From contig CAJNYD010000012.1 of the NCBI GenBank assembly GCA_905331295.1, forward strand, positions 62,001 to 126,000: a DNA stretch of 64,000 nucleotides, given 5' to 3'. This document shows positions 12,168 through 25,729 of the stretch, piece after piece. Numbering within the stretch: position 1 is the stretch's first letter; each line of letters starts with the position of its first letter. The stretch is from Rotaria socialis (taxonomy: Eukaryota). Under the pieces are notes generated by a model. That model was not told where the DNA came from. It ran no database searches and saw only the letters and a program-made list of their open reading frames with translations. A program made the position numbers and the translations under genes.

Positions 12168-14763
12168 GTTAGCTGCCATATTTTTTAAGAATTCATCCAG
12201 CCCAGATGAGTCGAATGCGTTGGCCAGCCGAGTAATACGTTCGTCCAATCTTCGATAACAGGCTTTCTTCGTCTTGATAATATGACCTTGGAGAATCTTT
12301 GCCATGTTCACTTCGAATTTCGATTGTTCACGACGAATCTTCTCTGTCAGTTTCACGATGCTTGGATGACATATTGAGACACGATTAGCAAATGCGTTGT
12401 GCCAGCCTTCCACGGAATTGTTGGAACGAGGTGTAGCAGTGATGACACGATCATGAATATTCCATAATTTGTGATCAAATAGAGGTTTCTTTCGACCAGT
12501 TCCTAAGAACATCGAATACATTTCAAATTTTTCAAGAATTAAGAAAAAAATAGTCCTAGTCGAACATCTTGTAAGCAAGATTTTCAAATCTTGGAATCGG
12601 TAAGTAAGATCTTATTACGATCTTAAAAAGATAATTTGTATGTACATATCTTGGTTGTATCAGATAAATCTGTACCTAAGATCTTGCCAAGATCATGGTA
12701 AAAATATTGTGTACTATTATCGTCTGATAAGATCTTGAGCGAAACAGAAAGCGACATCATTAGTGTATTTACATGCTCTCTAGTCATTCACCGTTTTTTT
12801 AATGCATACACAGCTGTATATAAACAGCATGATTGAACATGCGAAACAAATTTTCACATTCATTTTTTTTCTCAACTATTTCTCGATCGATTGGATTGCA
12901 TAGTTGTCGATGGATCAAAAGAAAATTATGAGTAAATACAGATCACCATATTGTTTTGTAATATATCAGTAATCGATTAGAGTGTCAGGGAATGCTAGAA
13001 TAAGTTCTCCCCTTGCTATTTTCACTTATTTCAACTGAATCTTGTTCGAAAAGATTCTCCATATGATTCTCAACAAACGAATCCAATAGAAAAAAATATG
13101 AAAACTTCATTCTAGCAATATATTATTGTATACAAGGAGAATTATCTAACTAAAGAAAACACTTTTCTTTTTATTTGAGAAAAAAATAAAATAGATCTTT
13201 AGGATGCTCACCAAGTTGAAACACATGAATCACGCATTAATACTCCAGTAAAATTTTAGTATTTGCTTTTATGGGATTCACGTTCATTTTTCTAGAGAAT
13301 CAAATGCTGAATATGTGATAGTTCATCTTTTTCTTACTGAGAATTTTTTCTTCTTTCAACCATCACTAACTCTCTGCGCTGTTTACTGTAAAAGTCTTAT
13401 GCCTTCTTCATAGAATATCAGTATAGATTTTTTTAACGTTTCTTTACAGATGAAAAGACTTTTGGCTCTGTATAAAACGAATCATTACTTTTCGTCGAAA
13501 TTCTTTAGAAAATTTGCATCGAATTTTGTATTCGGGTGAAACGCGACTGTCATCTAGTTTTGTATATATTTTTCCTTGTCACAATACGTCTTTGTAAATG
13601 TATACTTAGATTTTGATGCTGTTTAATTCTTTTTAATTAGTATTGCATCTTTGCAGTCGAAAGCTTGACATAAAATGAAATCGTTTATGTAATTACTTTG
13701 AATTTCTCTCGTTCGAAATAATCAAATTTATCCTTCAAGTGTATCGCTAGAAAAAAATAAAATTATGTAATGAAATGTGATTTTAAAGATTTACTGTTAA
13801 AAAAAATATACTAAATAAATCTATGATGAATTTTACAATTAACTTAGATTGTGTTCTTGCCTGCTGTTAAATTTACTCTTCATATGAACTTTGCAACATT
13901 CCATTCTGTTCTTCTCTTCCATTTTCACAAAAAACAAATATTGACAATTTAAATGTAAATAAATTGATTGGATTCTTGTTCATTAGATCATCATTAAAAC
14001 TTCAACAAACTGCCAGGAATCCATAAGAAATGCTGCATAACATTCTCGAATCAAAGTTTTTCGTATGGGAGAATCATACATTCTTCCAGTGACTACTGTG
14101 TTGCTTTTCAATCATTCATAATAATTTGTTTCTAGCAGTATCACTGACAAATAAGATTCAATGAAACGATTGCAGCATTCCGCACCGATCATAACTTTTG
14201 TTAAACGGAATCGATCACTGAATCGAACTAAAGTAAGATTTGAAAACGAACCTTATTTTATTTGTTCCAAATAATATTTTATTAGATCGAGCCCAATCCA
14301 ATATCAAGTCAACTCAATGAACGTGTGCTACCATCGCGTACAGAATCAATAGCAAAACCAACTAAAGTGCGTAACAAACCCAGCATCGTTTCAGAAAGCT
14401 AAATATCCCTTGCAGTTGATGAATATTCTTTTCTAACATCTAATACGAGACCTTCTCCTAAACCATATCCTACAAATTCATTTGATTCCTCAACAACTTC
14501 TAATAGGACTCAATATGGTGGTCGATGGAAATACGATTAAAAGTAATAGTAATAAACTTTTCCAAATTCTACAATCTATTTTAGGTTACCTTCCAGCAAA
14601 ACTAAAATCATTTTATTACTCGTTATTTTCTTAGGTGTTTGTGCTGCAATTATTCTTCCACCTATGCTCACAATGGTGATATTTTAGAAGAAAAAAACAT
14701 CAGGTTAGATAATTATGGTTATTCAAAAGTCTTAGTTGGATTTTTTTTGTTATTGTTGAATAG

Positions 14764-15221
14764 GCACATCTCGTGCAGACTTGAAAGCTTCATCATACTC
14801 AAATATAGCGACGTGTATTGGATCTGAAACTCAATATCCGATAACATCTGGTGCTGTTCTATATCCATTCGATGGTAATACCCGAGATGCATTCTTACTG
14901 CCCAGCTATAATTACGGTGCCTACTCTGGATCTGCGATTCTATTAAATGCCACTCAACAGCAATATATCAGCATTCCATTCATCGATTTCAGAAATACTA
15001 GCTTTACACTTGAAGTGTGGGTATTACCAATAAATGCCGCAACAAATAGCGGTCTACAAGACGAATTGCATATTTTTGGACAGTGTGATGGATATCTTAC
15101 ATGTTGACTATTAACTTTTCGTTCGGGTCGTATTCAATTAAGTTTTAATTCCTTGACAATAAATGTGACTCTTACTAGTTCAACATTGATCCCGTATTGG
15201 AACTGGATACATGCGGCTATT
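14764..15221 (+). pseudogene. LamG/concanavalin-A-like domain gene fragment, truncated by a hAT element
   Basis: LYPFDGNTRD...AILLNATQQQYISIPFIDFRNTSFTLEVWV...IFGQC...WNWIHAAI. In-frame TGA at 15105-15107. The frame ends at the TIR at 15222. Confidence 0.65.
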
Positions 15222-18200
15222 CAGTGTTTTATCCAGGTTTTTCATTCCGGGAGGGCGAATACAGTTGTCGGGAGGGCAGACAAAGTTTTTGTAATTAATT
15301 GCTATATAAAAGTTATTTATTTCATTTATTCAAAAACTATGCAAAGACTATACAAAGAACGAGCAAGTAATAAATATATCGCGAAAAAAACGTATCAACA
15401 AAAAATAATAATCAAAAGTATAAGAACAGTATAATATAAAGTTCAATTATATAATTTAAACTGCTAAACGGCGAGGTTTTACTTTTTTCCAATAATTGAT
15501 GATTTCGTCTTTCATTTCTTCATTTAAAGTATTTCCACCTTCCATTGAAATTCTCATCAATTGATCGACGTGTTTAGTTGTTAATCGATTTCTTAGTTTT
15601 GTAAGAATACGGTTCATTGTGGAGAAATCTCTTTCAACTGTAGCCGTACTAATAGGTGCAATAAGAAAGATTTCTGCAGCTAATGATAATTGTGGATAAA
15701 TATCTTTTAACATGCCATCTTGAACAAGCTTCATACAAACTTCTCGTTGCGTCATAAGTTTACCACCTTGCCTCTGGGTTAATAAATATGTACGAAATGT
15801 TTTCCATTCATACATTATTGATTCGTCAAAGTCACTTGAATAATGTTGTTGGATAGTACGTATTTCTTCATCACCATAATCTTTATTGTTATTCATATTT
15901 TGCATATCAAATATCATAAAGCAGTTAAGTAAATTGAGAGTACTTTGCTCAAAACGAGCTTGAACGTTATTAATAATGTTTTCAATAAAAGGAAGAATTT
16001 TTGTCTTGAAAACTTCATCAGTAGTTAATTGTGCATTTGATATTGATAATCTTGAATTTCGAATTCCAGAAGACATTAAGGATAATTTTTTAATTGTTTC
16101 AATAATATAAATATAATCAATTGAACTGTAATCTTTCAGTTCTTCAAGTCGAAGCATAGTTGACGATATAAAATCTTGTAATTGTTTAAAATCTGCTGAT
16201 TTCGTTTGAATGCATTTTGATAAAACAGCTAACGTATCTAATATTGGTTGAAGTGTATGAATAATAAATGCAGTTGCTTCATTTGATAAAATATTATAAA
16301 GACCTAATGCTTCCGCACTATCTTCGTTATTTTCATTGTAAATATTTTATAGTGTTGCTAATAATGATTGATAAGAATGTACAACAGATCTTACAGCTAA
16401 TGAATTTGAAAGCCAACGAGTATCACCGGGTTGAATTAATTTAATATGATTGTTCTTAAAAATACTTTGAATATCTTCAAATAAAGTTAATCTTACCGAT
16501 GATCGATTAATAAAATTGACTAATGATTTAAGTGTGGATAAACTTTTGCAAATATCAGGAATACTATCTGCAGCAGATATTACAGCTAGTTGTAATGCAT
16601 GTGCTCGACAATGAATAAATAATATTGCAAGATTGAATAAAGCACGAAATTTTGCAGCAACACCATTATGGATTCCGCTGAATACTGCAGCACCATCAAA
16701 TGCAACAAAGCGAGTTTTTGTTAAATCAATATTTTTTTGTTGTAAATCCGTTACGATATAATTAAAAATAGATTCTGCATCTTTATTTTTTATATGTAAT
16801 AAACTTACGTATGTTTCAGTTGGCTCACCAGTTGTTTGATCACAATACCAGATACAAATACATAAATTTCCGTGTCTATTAATGTCAGTTCCTTCGTCGG
16901 ACATGATACTAATAACTCTTGCTTGCTGTATTTTTTTAAGAATGCTCTTTTCCAAAATGTCGTTTGTAGCTTCAAGAAGTTCAGTAACAGATGTTGTACT
17001 ATTGTAATTAGCATTTTTTATGGCAAGTTTGAATAAAACCGGCAATTTTGGAACTATGATCAAGACGACTGATCAATTGTAATAATGGTTCGTATAGCGT
17101 TGTGTGTGATAATTCGTTTTTAAATAGAAAATAAGAACAATCAAGCAAATCACTTAAACGATCTCTATTTTCCTGTTTTTGTGCTTCATTTACCGTAACT
17201 ATTTGATTGAGAACGGAACCTTCTTGCTGTCGAAACTTGTCATTGTCAAGTGCAATTAGATGATATTCTGATCGAGAATGTTTCATTAATCTTCCATTAT
17301 CACCTAGTGCTTTTTTCCAATTAATAAATGGAATTGATGCAAACACACCTTTTGTTTTTTGTTCCATGTTCCGGAATAATGGTGTACCTGGTTTCCAATA
17401 GTTGCGGCATAGACGACAAAATCCTCCAACATTTGGTTGATAATATAGCCACGGAAATTTCTGTGAATACCATGGTTTGTAAGAACGTGTTTCAATTTTA
17501 TGATTGGTTGATGTTGAACCTAATGCTAATTCAGAATTATTATTGACGGATTGAGTATTATTGGTGAATGTTTTACTTGTAGCTGAGTTGATATCGATGG
17601 ATTGGATATCACTTGTTGTTGTATTGTTGTTAATGGGTTGAATATCACTTACTGATGTGGTGTTAGCAGTTAAATGATCAGGTTGACTTGCAATGATATT
17701 TGATTGAGTCACATTATTTTCATTTTCAACACGATTTTTTTTTGTTAATGTATTAGTTTCATTATTTTCTTTCCTTTTTAGAAAATATTAATCGAGCAAA
17801 TTTTGTTTTGACATTGTTCAGATTCAGACGATTTTTTAATTATGATGTAGTTTTAAAAGTGAGATATAAAATAGTATCGAAATATGACACTTGTGTCAAA
17901 TAGTAAAATGAAAAGAAAACATATGTGGGTGTCTATTATAAGCGTTATTGATTTCATGACATTGTCCGATGCAACATTAAAGTAGCCCATTCAATTAAAC
18001 AGTGTTATTGGATTATCCAATATATGTAATACAGATTGTTCTGTTGTTTGATTCTTAATGAAATTACATAGATTCACATCTTTTCGTGCAGTATTATTCA
18101 TTTGATAGAAATGATCTGATGCGGTCGATGTTTCATTTGGTTTTGAAAAACTAGAGAAAACTTGCTATAATCTCATCGCATTGAGAGCAACGATATTCAA

Positions 18201-18495
18201 AGAAAAACACCCGATCTGATTGAAATTCATGACTTATGATAGTCAGATTGTTTTAAGGAAAATGAATTTGTTCTATTTGAACAATACTGTATTTATTAAC
18301 AGTTTCTGTAAAAATCTTTCACATAAAATAGTTTTATAGAAGTTATATTGATTTTATTTTTTTTAAACTTTTATTTTTTTCCGGGGGACAAACGTGGTCT
18401 TCGGGCGCGCAAAACGCGCCGGGGGGGGGGGGGGGGGGGGGGGGGGGNCAAACCCCGCCGGGCCCCCCCCCCCCCCCCCACTGGATAAAACACTG
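15222..18495 (-). mobile_element. Full-length but inactivated hAT transposon (ZNF862/KIAA1586-like transposase)
   Basis: Perfect 15-bp TIR CAGTGTTTTATCCAG / CTGGATAAAACACTG enclosing a transposase pseudogene. The flanks do not form an 8-bp TSD. Confidence 0.9.
15456..17814 (-). pseudogene. hAT transposase pseudogene (TTF-like zinc finger, DDE core, dimerisation domain)
   Basis: W..KFPWL...FCRLCR; SDEGTD; FDGAAVFSG; FIHCRAHALQLA; GDTRWLS; PISTATVERDFSTMNRI. Lesions: TAA at codon 9, a +1 frameshift in an A-run near 17035, and TAA at 16347-16349. Confidence 0.9.
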
Positions 18496-18715
18496 AATTC
18501 TTGTAAATTTGCTTTTAATATTGGCTGATCGTGAAATAATAAACCAGATGCATTGTAAACATTAATATTTAATTCGAGTGTTGGGGCTGTGCCAGTAAAA
18601 TATTCGGCTCACGATATACTTTGTTCTTCTTCTGTATTTCCCTCGTATCCCTTGTTGAAGTTGAGCCACAAAATGCCAACTGAATTCGTTCTTGTTTCGT
18701 ATTACTATTTAAAAA

Positions 18716-19651
18716 TTAAAATTCAGTTGATTGTAAGGATTTATTGTATGAGTCTCCTATAACACCATTCGTAGATAACTTCAGAATATCCTGTTGAAAG
18801 TAAAAATATGTACTAAGAAAATCATTTGCTAATCCTTCTAATGCATATTTAATGTATCGATTAAATTCAATGATTTGTCTCATATTATTCGATTTTCTTG
18901 TTGATTGTGTACGAGAATATTTTGGAACTACATCTTCAGATAGTGTTGGTGTTGTCTCCGATAATGCCATCAAATCTGTATAAATGAACGATAGTGAAAG
19001 TTCTTTACATGAAATATAAAACATAAATTTTTCAAATTTAATTACAAGAAACAGAGTTCTGTGAAAACATCTTGAAAAAAGTAAAGAGTATGATCATCTT
19101 TGATCAGACTCATACTCTCTTATTGTGAACTTGGGTCTTTATCTAAACAGTTTTCAAATCATAAACATCATCTGCCGATGCTCACAGTTTCTTATTCATT
19201 TTTTGTCTATTGACAAATTCATCGAGCGTTCCATTCGAGAAGAAACCACCTAATAAATATTCATCATTTCCTTTGTAGAAAATACTTTTCAAACTGATAT
19301 TGCCATGGTTAATATTTACATGTTGTTTTCTAAAGAGTCATATTTCGGAAAAAACATACAAAGACTATGATCTTCGTTTTCATAACGATACAATAAAGGA
19401 AGAAAATGTGAACAGTCTAACTGTGTAAATTTTCGATGATAATGAACTTCTAACGTTTGTAAATTAGAAATATTATTTTTGAATTTTTTAACAATTAAGT
19501 CTTTCTTATCAACCCATACAGCTGAATAGAGCTCACAAAAGCTATCATCAGTAATCAATATTGATTCCATCAAATTTACTTTCGGAACATGTTCATTGAA
19601 AGCCATCAAATCATTGGCAATCATCAATCGACCGACATTCAATAAAAGCAA
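18716..19651 (-). pseudogene. Degraded protein-kinase-like gene fragments
   Basis: FCELYSAVWVDKKDLIVKKF...LEVHYHRKFT...FLPLLYRYEN...LCMFFPKY resembles a divergent kinase N-lobe and hinge. The frames are broken. Confidence 0.4.
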
Positions 19652-20795
19652 GGTACTAGTCTAGACATTGAGCGGCATCTATTAATATTATTCGTAATTG
19701 CTGCCTTCTCTGCACAACGAGTCTTTATGATTTAAGAAAGAAAAAAAAGTATTTATTTAAAAGCTTATTCATTAAGAGCTATCATTGTATAATAATTTCA
19801 TTATTACTTAAATTCTCATCTGGATAACGCTTAATGATGTATCGAGAAAAGCAGGTTTGAAATCTTTTAGGAATAAAGATTTAATTAAATTTTTTACTGC
19901 AGAAAAAGAAAAATTGAATCTTTCATAATAATTCATAAACCATATTTTCAGATAATTTTGTTGTTTCTTTTGATTTCATTATGGTAAACGTTTATGCACG
20001 GTTATACATATGCATGATACTAAAAAATGAAATTACCTTTGGTTATTTCGTTTGTCTCCATTAATCATTTTAACTGATTTTAGGCAAACAATCTTCCACG
20101 TGATATAACAGCTGCACAAAATGAAATTGGACGTTTACAAAATCAACTCAATCATGTACAAATCTCTCTTGCTGCATCACGTTTTAGTAGAACTACTGAT
20201 AGACAAGAATATAATAGACGAATAAATGAAGTAGCAAAAAAAACATAATAAATATACGTATGTGTATATATATTTAATTTTAAGCTGAAACAAAAACTAG
20301 AACAGCAGCAGGAAATGATCAACAATTTAATTTCAGGTAATCTATGCACAATATCTGTAAATATACATAGGAGATCTCTTTATTAATTTTTTTCCGTTTG
20401 GTTTCTAGTTATTTTCTTTGGTCGTAATTTTCGGTATGAAATATTTTCATACGTCAAATTAATATATGTGGTATAGATTCGTTGTATAACTGACACACGA
20501 ATTTATTTTTTATGAATTGATTCAAATTTATTTTCAATGGCTAGTAGGAATAAATGTACTTGAACAATATTTATAAGCTGGACAACAAAAATTTGTGTAA
20601 ATATCTTTAGGAACAAAAAGAAATTCGTTTCACTTTATTCTGGTTTTTTGGCTAATTGAATGAGTATTTTGGTATATTAGTGAAGGATCGATATTTTGAA
20701 AAATTTATTTAATTGGTATACATAATCATTTGTTGTGCAGCTTATTCAGAAAAACTCTATGTTGCTGTGTGAATTAATGGATATATTTTTCTCTT

Positions 20796-21085
20796 CCCAG
20801 GTTGATCAAAACGGACTCGTTTACTATCTGTTTATCGACGGTAAGCGATGTCAAAACGGTATATTTACAGCAGTAAATAGACCGTATTTACCTGTAATAC
20901 CTGGCACAGTAATACGGCACCGTAAACGGGACTGAATTTTCATGGTTTACGGCTATTTGTGCTCCGTACTCTCATGATAATACGGTCCGTATTACTGCGC
21001 CAGATATTACGGCAAACTTTTGCCCGTAAAATAGTCGTAAAGTAACCGCCAACGGCCGTATACGAACCGTACTATTAGACCTGGG
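20796..21085. mobile_element. MITE with CCCAGGT ends and 2-bp TT flanks (CMC/EnSpm-like)
   Basis: TT|CCCAGGT ... ACCTGGG|TT; many TACGG/CCGTA internal repeats. Confidence 0.7.
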
Positions 21086-24000
21086 TTGGTGAAATAATCA
21101 AATATATCTGTAACTTGTTGATAAAAAATTATTTCCATTTGATTCATGGTGACTTGGTACAAACATATTTACGACCAATTCATTAAAAAAATAAAATTTT
21201 TTTTTTAATGATTGTGCATTTTTTTGTGATTAATTTATCAGATATTTTCTTTTTCGGTGTTTATGCTTCTGTTATATGAAAACGGTAATGACCGTTATTA
21301 TTTTGTGATCAATTTACGTATCAGAAAGAAAATAAAATTTATTATTAAGTCTTTTGTTTATTCACTTTGAGAAAGATAAAGGAATATTTTTGCTTTTTTT
21401 GTTCGACATTGTTTATATATATATATATATCAAACTAATCATGTCGACTGAATTATCGGAAAAATAATTGTTTGGCGAAATAGATTCTTTTCATGGAATT
21501 TAATTACGATGAAAATCAGTTGAAGTTTGAATCGGTACTCAAATCATGTTTTATACGAGCTAAGGAAATTCTTTTTTTTCCTAAAGGAAATATATTTTTG
21601 CTTTTTAAATTATTAAAAAAGAAAAATTCTACTATAATTGTACAGTTAATAATTGTTTCAATTGAAAATATGACTTAAATTTTAATTATTCATAAACAAG
21701 ATAATTGAGTAATTGTCAATAATGTTACAAATAATGAGAAAAAGAATGAATGCAAAATAATTTCATATGGAATTTTATACAGACATTTTTCTTAAAACTT
21801 TTCATAGAAGCAACTTATGTTAAACTTCGTTCAACGCATGATGACGCTCAACCAGTAACTTTTAATGGAACAAAGCCCGGCATTCCTACTGATAACGAAC
21901 AATTAACAAGATAAGGTTGAAAATTTCCAATTAAATTTATGCTTCGTTCATTAGAACCTGAAATTTTAAGAAATAAAATTAATACAGTTTTGTTTGTATC
22001 TAGATTGCCTAAATAAAATAAAAGATAATTTTTTTCCTTCACGTAATCTGAACTGAATTAAAATAGGATTATGTAGAAAGTTTCACTATATCATTACCGA
22101 ATTATGATGCATAATTAACATTAGATCAGTTTATACCATTGTGAAATATTTTATAGATAAATAAAAAGTATTTATTAATCAATGAAATATAATTAATATC
22201 ACTTTATTTTCCTTTCTATGTTATGCTTTGCTTAGCATAAATTATACGCAAATTAAATTAATTTAGGTGTATGTTGCTATATGTCGGAAGAATTCGATAA
22301 ATAGCTATACTTGAAAAGATCATATGTAACTTTTAACACATATTGATTACACTCGAAAAACATTTCTGAAATATGAATTAATAAGCTTTTACTGGAATGT
22401 TTCATTTAAGTAGATGTTATTAGAAGCTCTAATTTTTAACAAACTGTTTGGAAATAGAATCATAATATAGTGTTTCCACAGTAACATTTTTCTGATATAA
22501 AACAAAAATGTAATATATATGCATTCAATGTTTAATTGATGATTGTATATCGAATCTCGTCAATAAAAAAATAGTAAAATATGATCAAATTAGAAGTTTT
22601 ATTAGTACTATAGATAAGGTAGTGGTTCTCACATATATATCGATTCTATCAAGCACCATAATACAAGATGACTCATTGGTTTTTGCTCTTTTTCTTTAGT
22701 TTGCTGTATTACTATCAAAAGTATTTAAGCTCTATATGACTTGGTAAAACATTTAATACTTTATCTTACTATTAGATGTTTTTCTTTAATTCTGCGAGTG
22801 ATTATTAAATATTGAACGAATGAATCTTTCTAACTTGATATAGCTTGAAAGAGTCAGTAGTGTACAAGTGTATGAAATTTCCACAGTAGAATTTAGTTTT
22901 CTTCTCCAATTTAAACAGTTTCATTTGATACTTCGTTCAATCGTAAGTGGACGGATCTTTTCCATCAAGATGCACTCCTCACCACCACCAAATCTTTCCT
23001 CAGCATGTATAAATTTACTAAAATACAAAGTAGTATTTCATTTTTATTGATATTAAAATAAAACTGGTTAAGAAAAAGAATCGAAATAGCTCAACATAAA
23101 ACAGTCTTAATGTTTTCGAATAGTACTGTGCAAACAACTGAATTTTAAATTTTACTGACGACTTGAGATCGTACGCGTATATTTGTGTTACCAACATGAC
23201 AGATAAAGCGAACGTTTTAGGTACTTCATTTTCTACCGCTAATTATTGAGTCATTATAGTAGCTAGAATATTGTTTTTTTTTATCAATCGATAGAGAAAT
23301 TATTTCTCTTGCCAACCGTGTTAGAAAAAAGGTTTTTACTTTACAAGATATGTTGAGATATAAGAAATGGAACAAGCACATCTATTAAGACCGTTCGATT
23401 TACCAGCATAGACTCTAACTTATGATAGAAAATACTAAGAAGAACATGGCGTATATTCTGTTGAGATACTAAAAGGATAACTCCCTTTTTTTCTAACTGA
23501 ATTTCAAGTTGAATGAACTCATATATAAGAAAAGAAGAGAAACTCTTAAGCTGATATATTTTCATCCAATCGGGAGATGTTATAATATTCTGTATATAAA
23601 TTCTAGTTAATGAAAATCACCATCGGTGCGTCAGTTTAGTCCTAGTGAAAGTAATATCAGCGAAGTGCGGTCAGTGGTCAGTGCTCAATATGCCGGTGAC
23701 GTCAGTTATCATTAAATTGATACCGCCCACCCCTAAGTAATAGCTATGAATTATCCGTATGTGTTGAATACTTTACTCATTGTAGAAGTGACTATTTCAT
23801 GACACCAGTGTTTCATTATTTATAGAAAATGTCTATTTTAACGTACTATTTCGCTATAACATTATTTAAGATATTCACAAACCGACGAGATCAATGTTTC
23901 TTATCAATCCATTCTTCTTTCTCAATAATCGCATGACACCATCCTTTTCACTGCATGGAAACTGCTAAACGTTGTTTATTGACAGATGGTGTTTCATATT

Positions 24001-24110
24001 ATATTAGTCATAAAGAAAGAAAAAACCAAATGCGCAAATAATAAAAATGACATGTCTGTCATATAAAACAACAACAACATCGAAATCAGTATTCTTTATT
24101 TCCAACGAAA

Positions 24111-25729
24111 ATGGTGTTCGATACAATTCTCTACGATTTACTTGAAGTCAAGCCGAATGCTACACAAAAAGATATCTCAAAAGTAGGTTTATTCAAATAA
24201 TATCTGACTGATATGAATTTTAATTTTAATCGTTGAGCTATATCTTCGATGCTAAAACCCATTTACCAGTGAGATTTCATTTCTATTTATTAGGCTGTCA
24301 GGATAAAATCATTGGAACATCATCCAGACCGTGGTGGAAGTCACGAAATGGTAAATATAGTCACATTTTAGCATCCATTTAAACTGTTTTCTTCGCCACG
24401 TAGATGCAAAAAATCAATGCAGCAAGACAAATATTGACCGATCCAGATAAACGAGAATTGTACGATCGAATCGGATGGGAACAAATGCAATCACATATTG
24501 ACGACAACGCCTTTCCGATGCCAAGATTTTCTGGAAATTGTAAGTTACTCGACAAAGCAGCAGCTGAATTTCTACATGAATATACTTGTTTATTTTCAGT
24601 TTTTGATATATTCAAACAGAAAAAAGAGAGTTATATAAAACATTCATTAAAGTATGTAAACAAATTGATTTTTGTTTTCTTTAAATAAGATTTTCCTTTT
24701 TCAGAGTATCTCTCGAAGAATTGTATTCGGGTGCTACACGAACAGTGTCCATTGATCGCAATATTGTTTGTGTCGAATGCAATGGGTATGTTCGGATATA
24801 TTTTCTAGGCATCGATTATCATTTTCTACGGTTTCTTCTATTCATAGAACTGGTTGTCGTGATGGGGTCCCATGCGTATGTAACAATTGTGAAGGAACAG
24901 GAGTTGAAACACTAATTCATGAAATGGGTCCAATGATTCAACACATACGATGCGCATGTTCGTTATGTAATGGTGATGGTCAAATCATTCATCCGGAAAA
25001 TCGCTGCAAAACTTGTGATGGCAAAAAGCTATGTCAACAGAAGAAGGAATTGGATGTACATATTGCACATGGAAGTCAACATAGCGAAACGATCAAATTT
25101 ATTGGTGAAGGAAATCAAACCGTAAGTTGTTTAAAAATGTCCTTTTTGCTATTTTCGGATTATTTTCTATTAGCCAAATGGTGAAACCGGTACAGTATAT
25201 GTTATTCTCGAACAAGAACCACATGCAACTTTCACTCGAAAAGATGATAATTTAATAATGAATATGGAAATCAATCTTACTGAATCATTGTGTGGATTTC
25301 AACGTACAATTACACTATTGGATGGACACAATATTCTTATCAATCATCCTCATGGCAAACCAATTGTACCCGATAGTTATCGTTGTTTAAAAGGTTATGG
25401 TATGCCAAACAGACATGCACACACAAATGGTGATGTGATTATTCATTTCGATGTAAAATTTCCCGAAGAGAATTTTATTCAAACTGAAAATCAATTGAAA
25501 GTAAGTTGTTTATCAGCGAGTAACTTGTGGTAAATTCTAAATGAATTTCTTTTTCTTTATCTAGCAATTGGAAGAAATTCTTCCACCAAGAATGGGTATG
25601 AAATTGGAAAGTACAGAACATTATGAAGAAGTCAAAATGATGGAATATGATTCGTTTGAAGAGAACTCTCATCATGTTGATCCGAACCTCGATGGAGAAC
25701 TAGAGGGTGTCCAATGTACAACACAATAG
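24111..25729 (+). CDS. DNAJA: Class A DnaJ/Hsp40 co-chaperone, 8 exons
   Basis: J domain (LYDLLEV...HHPDRGG...ILTDPDKRELYD); VSLEELYSG; four zinc repeats (CVECNGTG, CNNCEGTG, CSLCNGDG, CKTCDGKK); LTESLCGF...GMP...GDVIIHFDVKFP; C-terminal CaaX CTTQ*. The spliced frame is open. Confidence 0.93.

Larger units (their letters stand above)
11566..12505 (-). mobile_element. Mutator-like (MULE) transposon remnant: terminus plus transposase C-terminus
   Basis: LFDHKLWNIHDR...PRSNNSVEGWHNAF...HPSIVKL...RREQ is typical of MULE transposase C-termini. Removing the nested LTR gives ...KNMAANIIL*. Repeat-rich terminus at 11566. Confidence 0.75.

Noticed and set aside
13200..14540. Plus-strand exon-like fragments
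   Set aside because: They contain stops and no recognisable domain; no gene model could be built.
18420..18480. Poly-G / poly-C tract as a G-quadruplex or hairpin element
   Set aside because: It contains an N and long homopolymers inside a hAT terminus, so the sequence is probably low quality.
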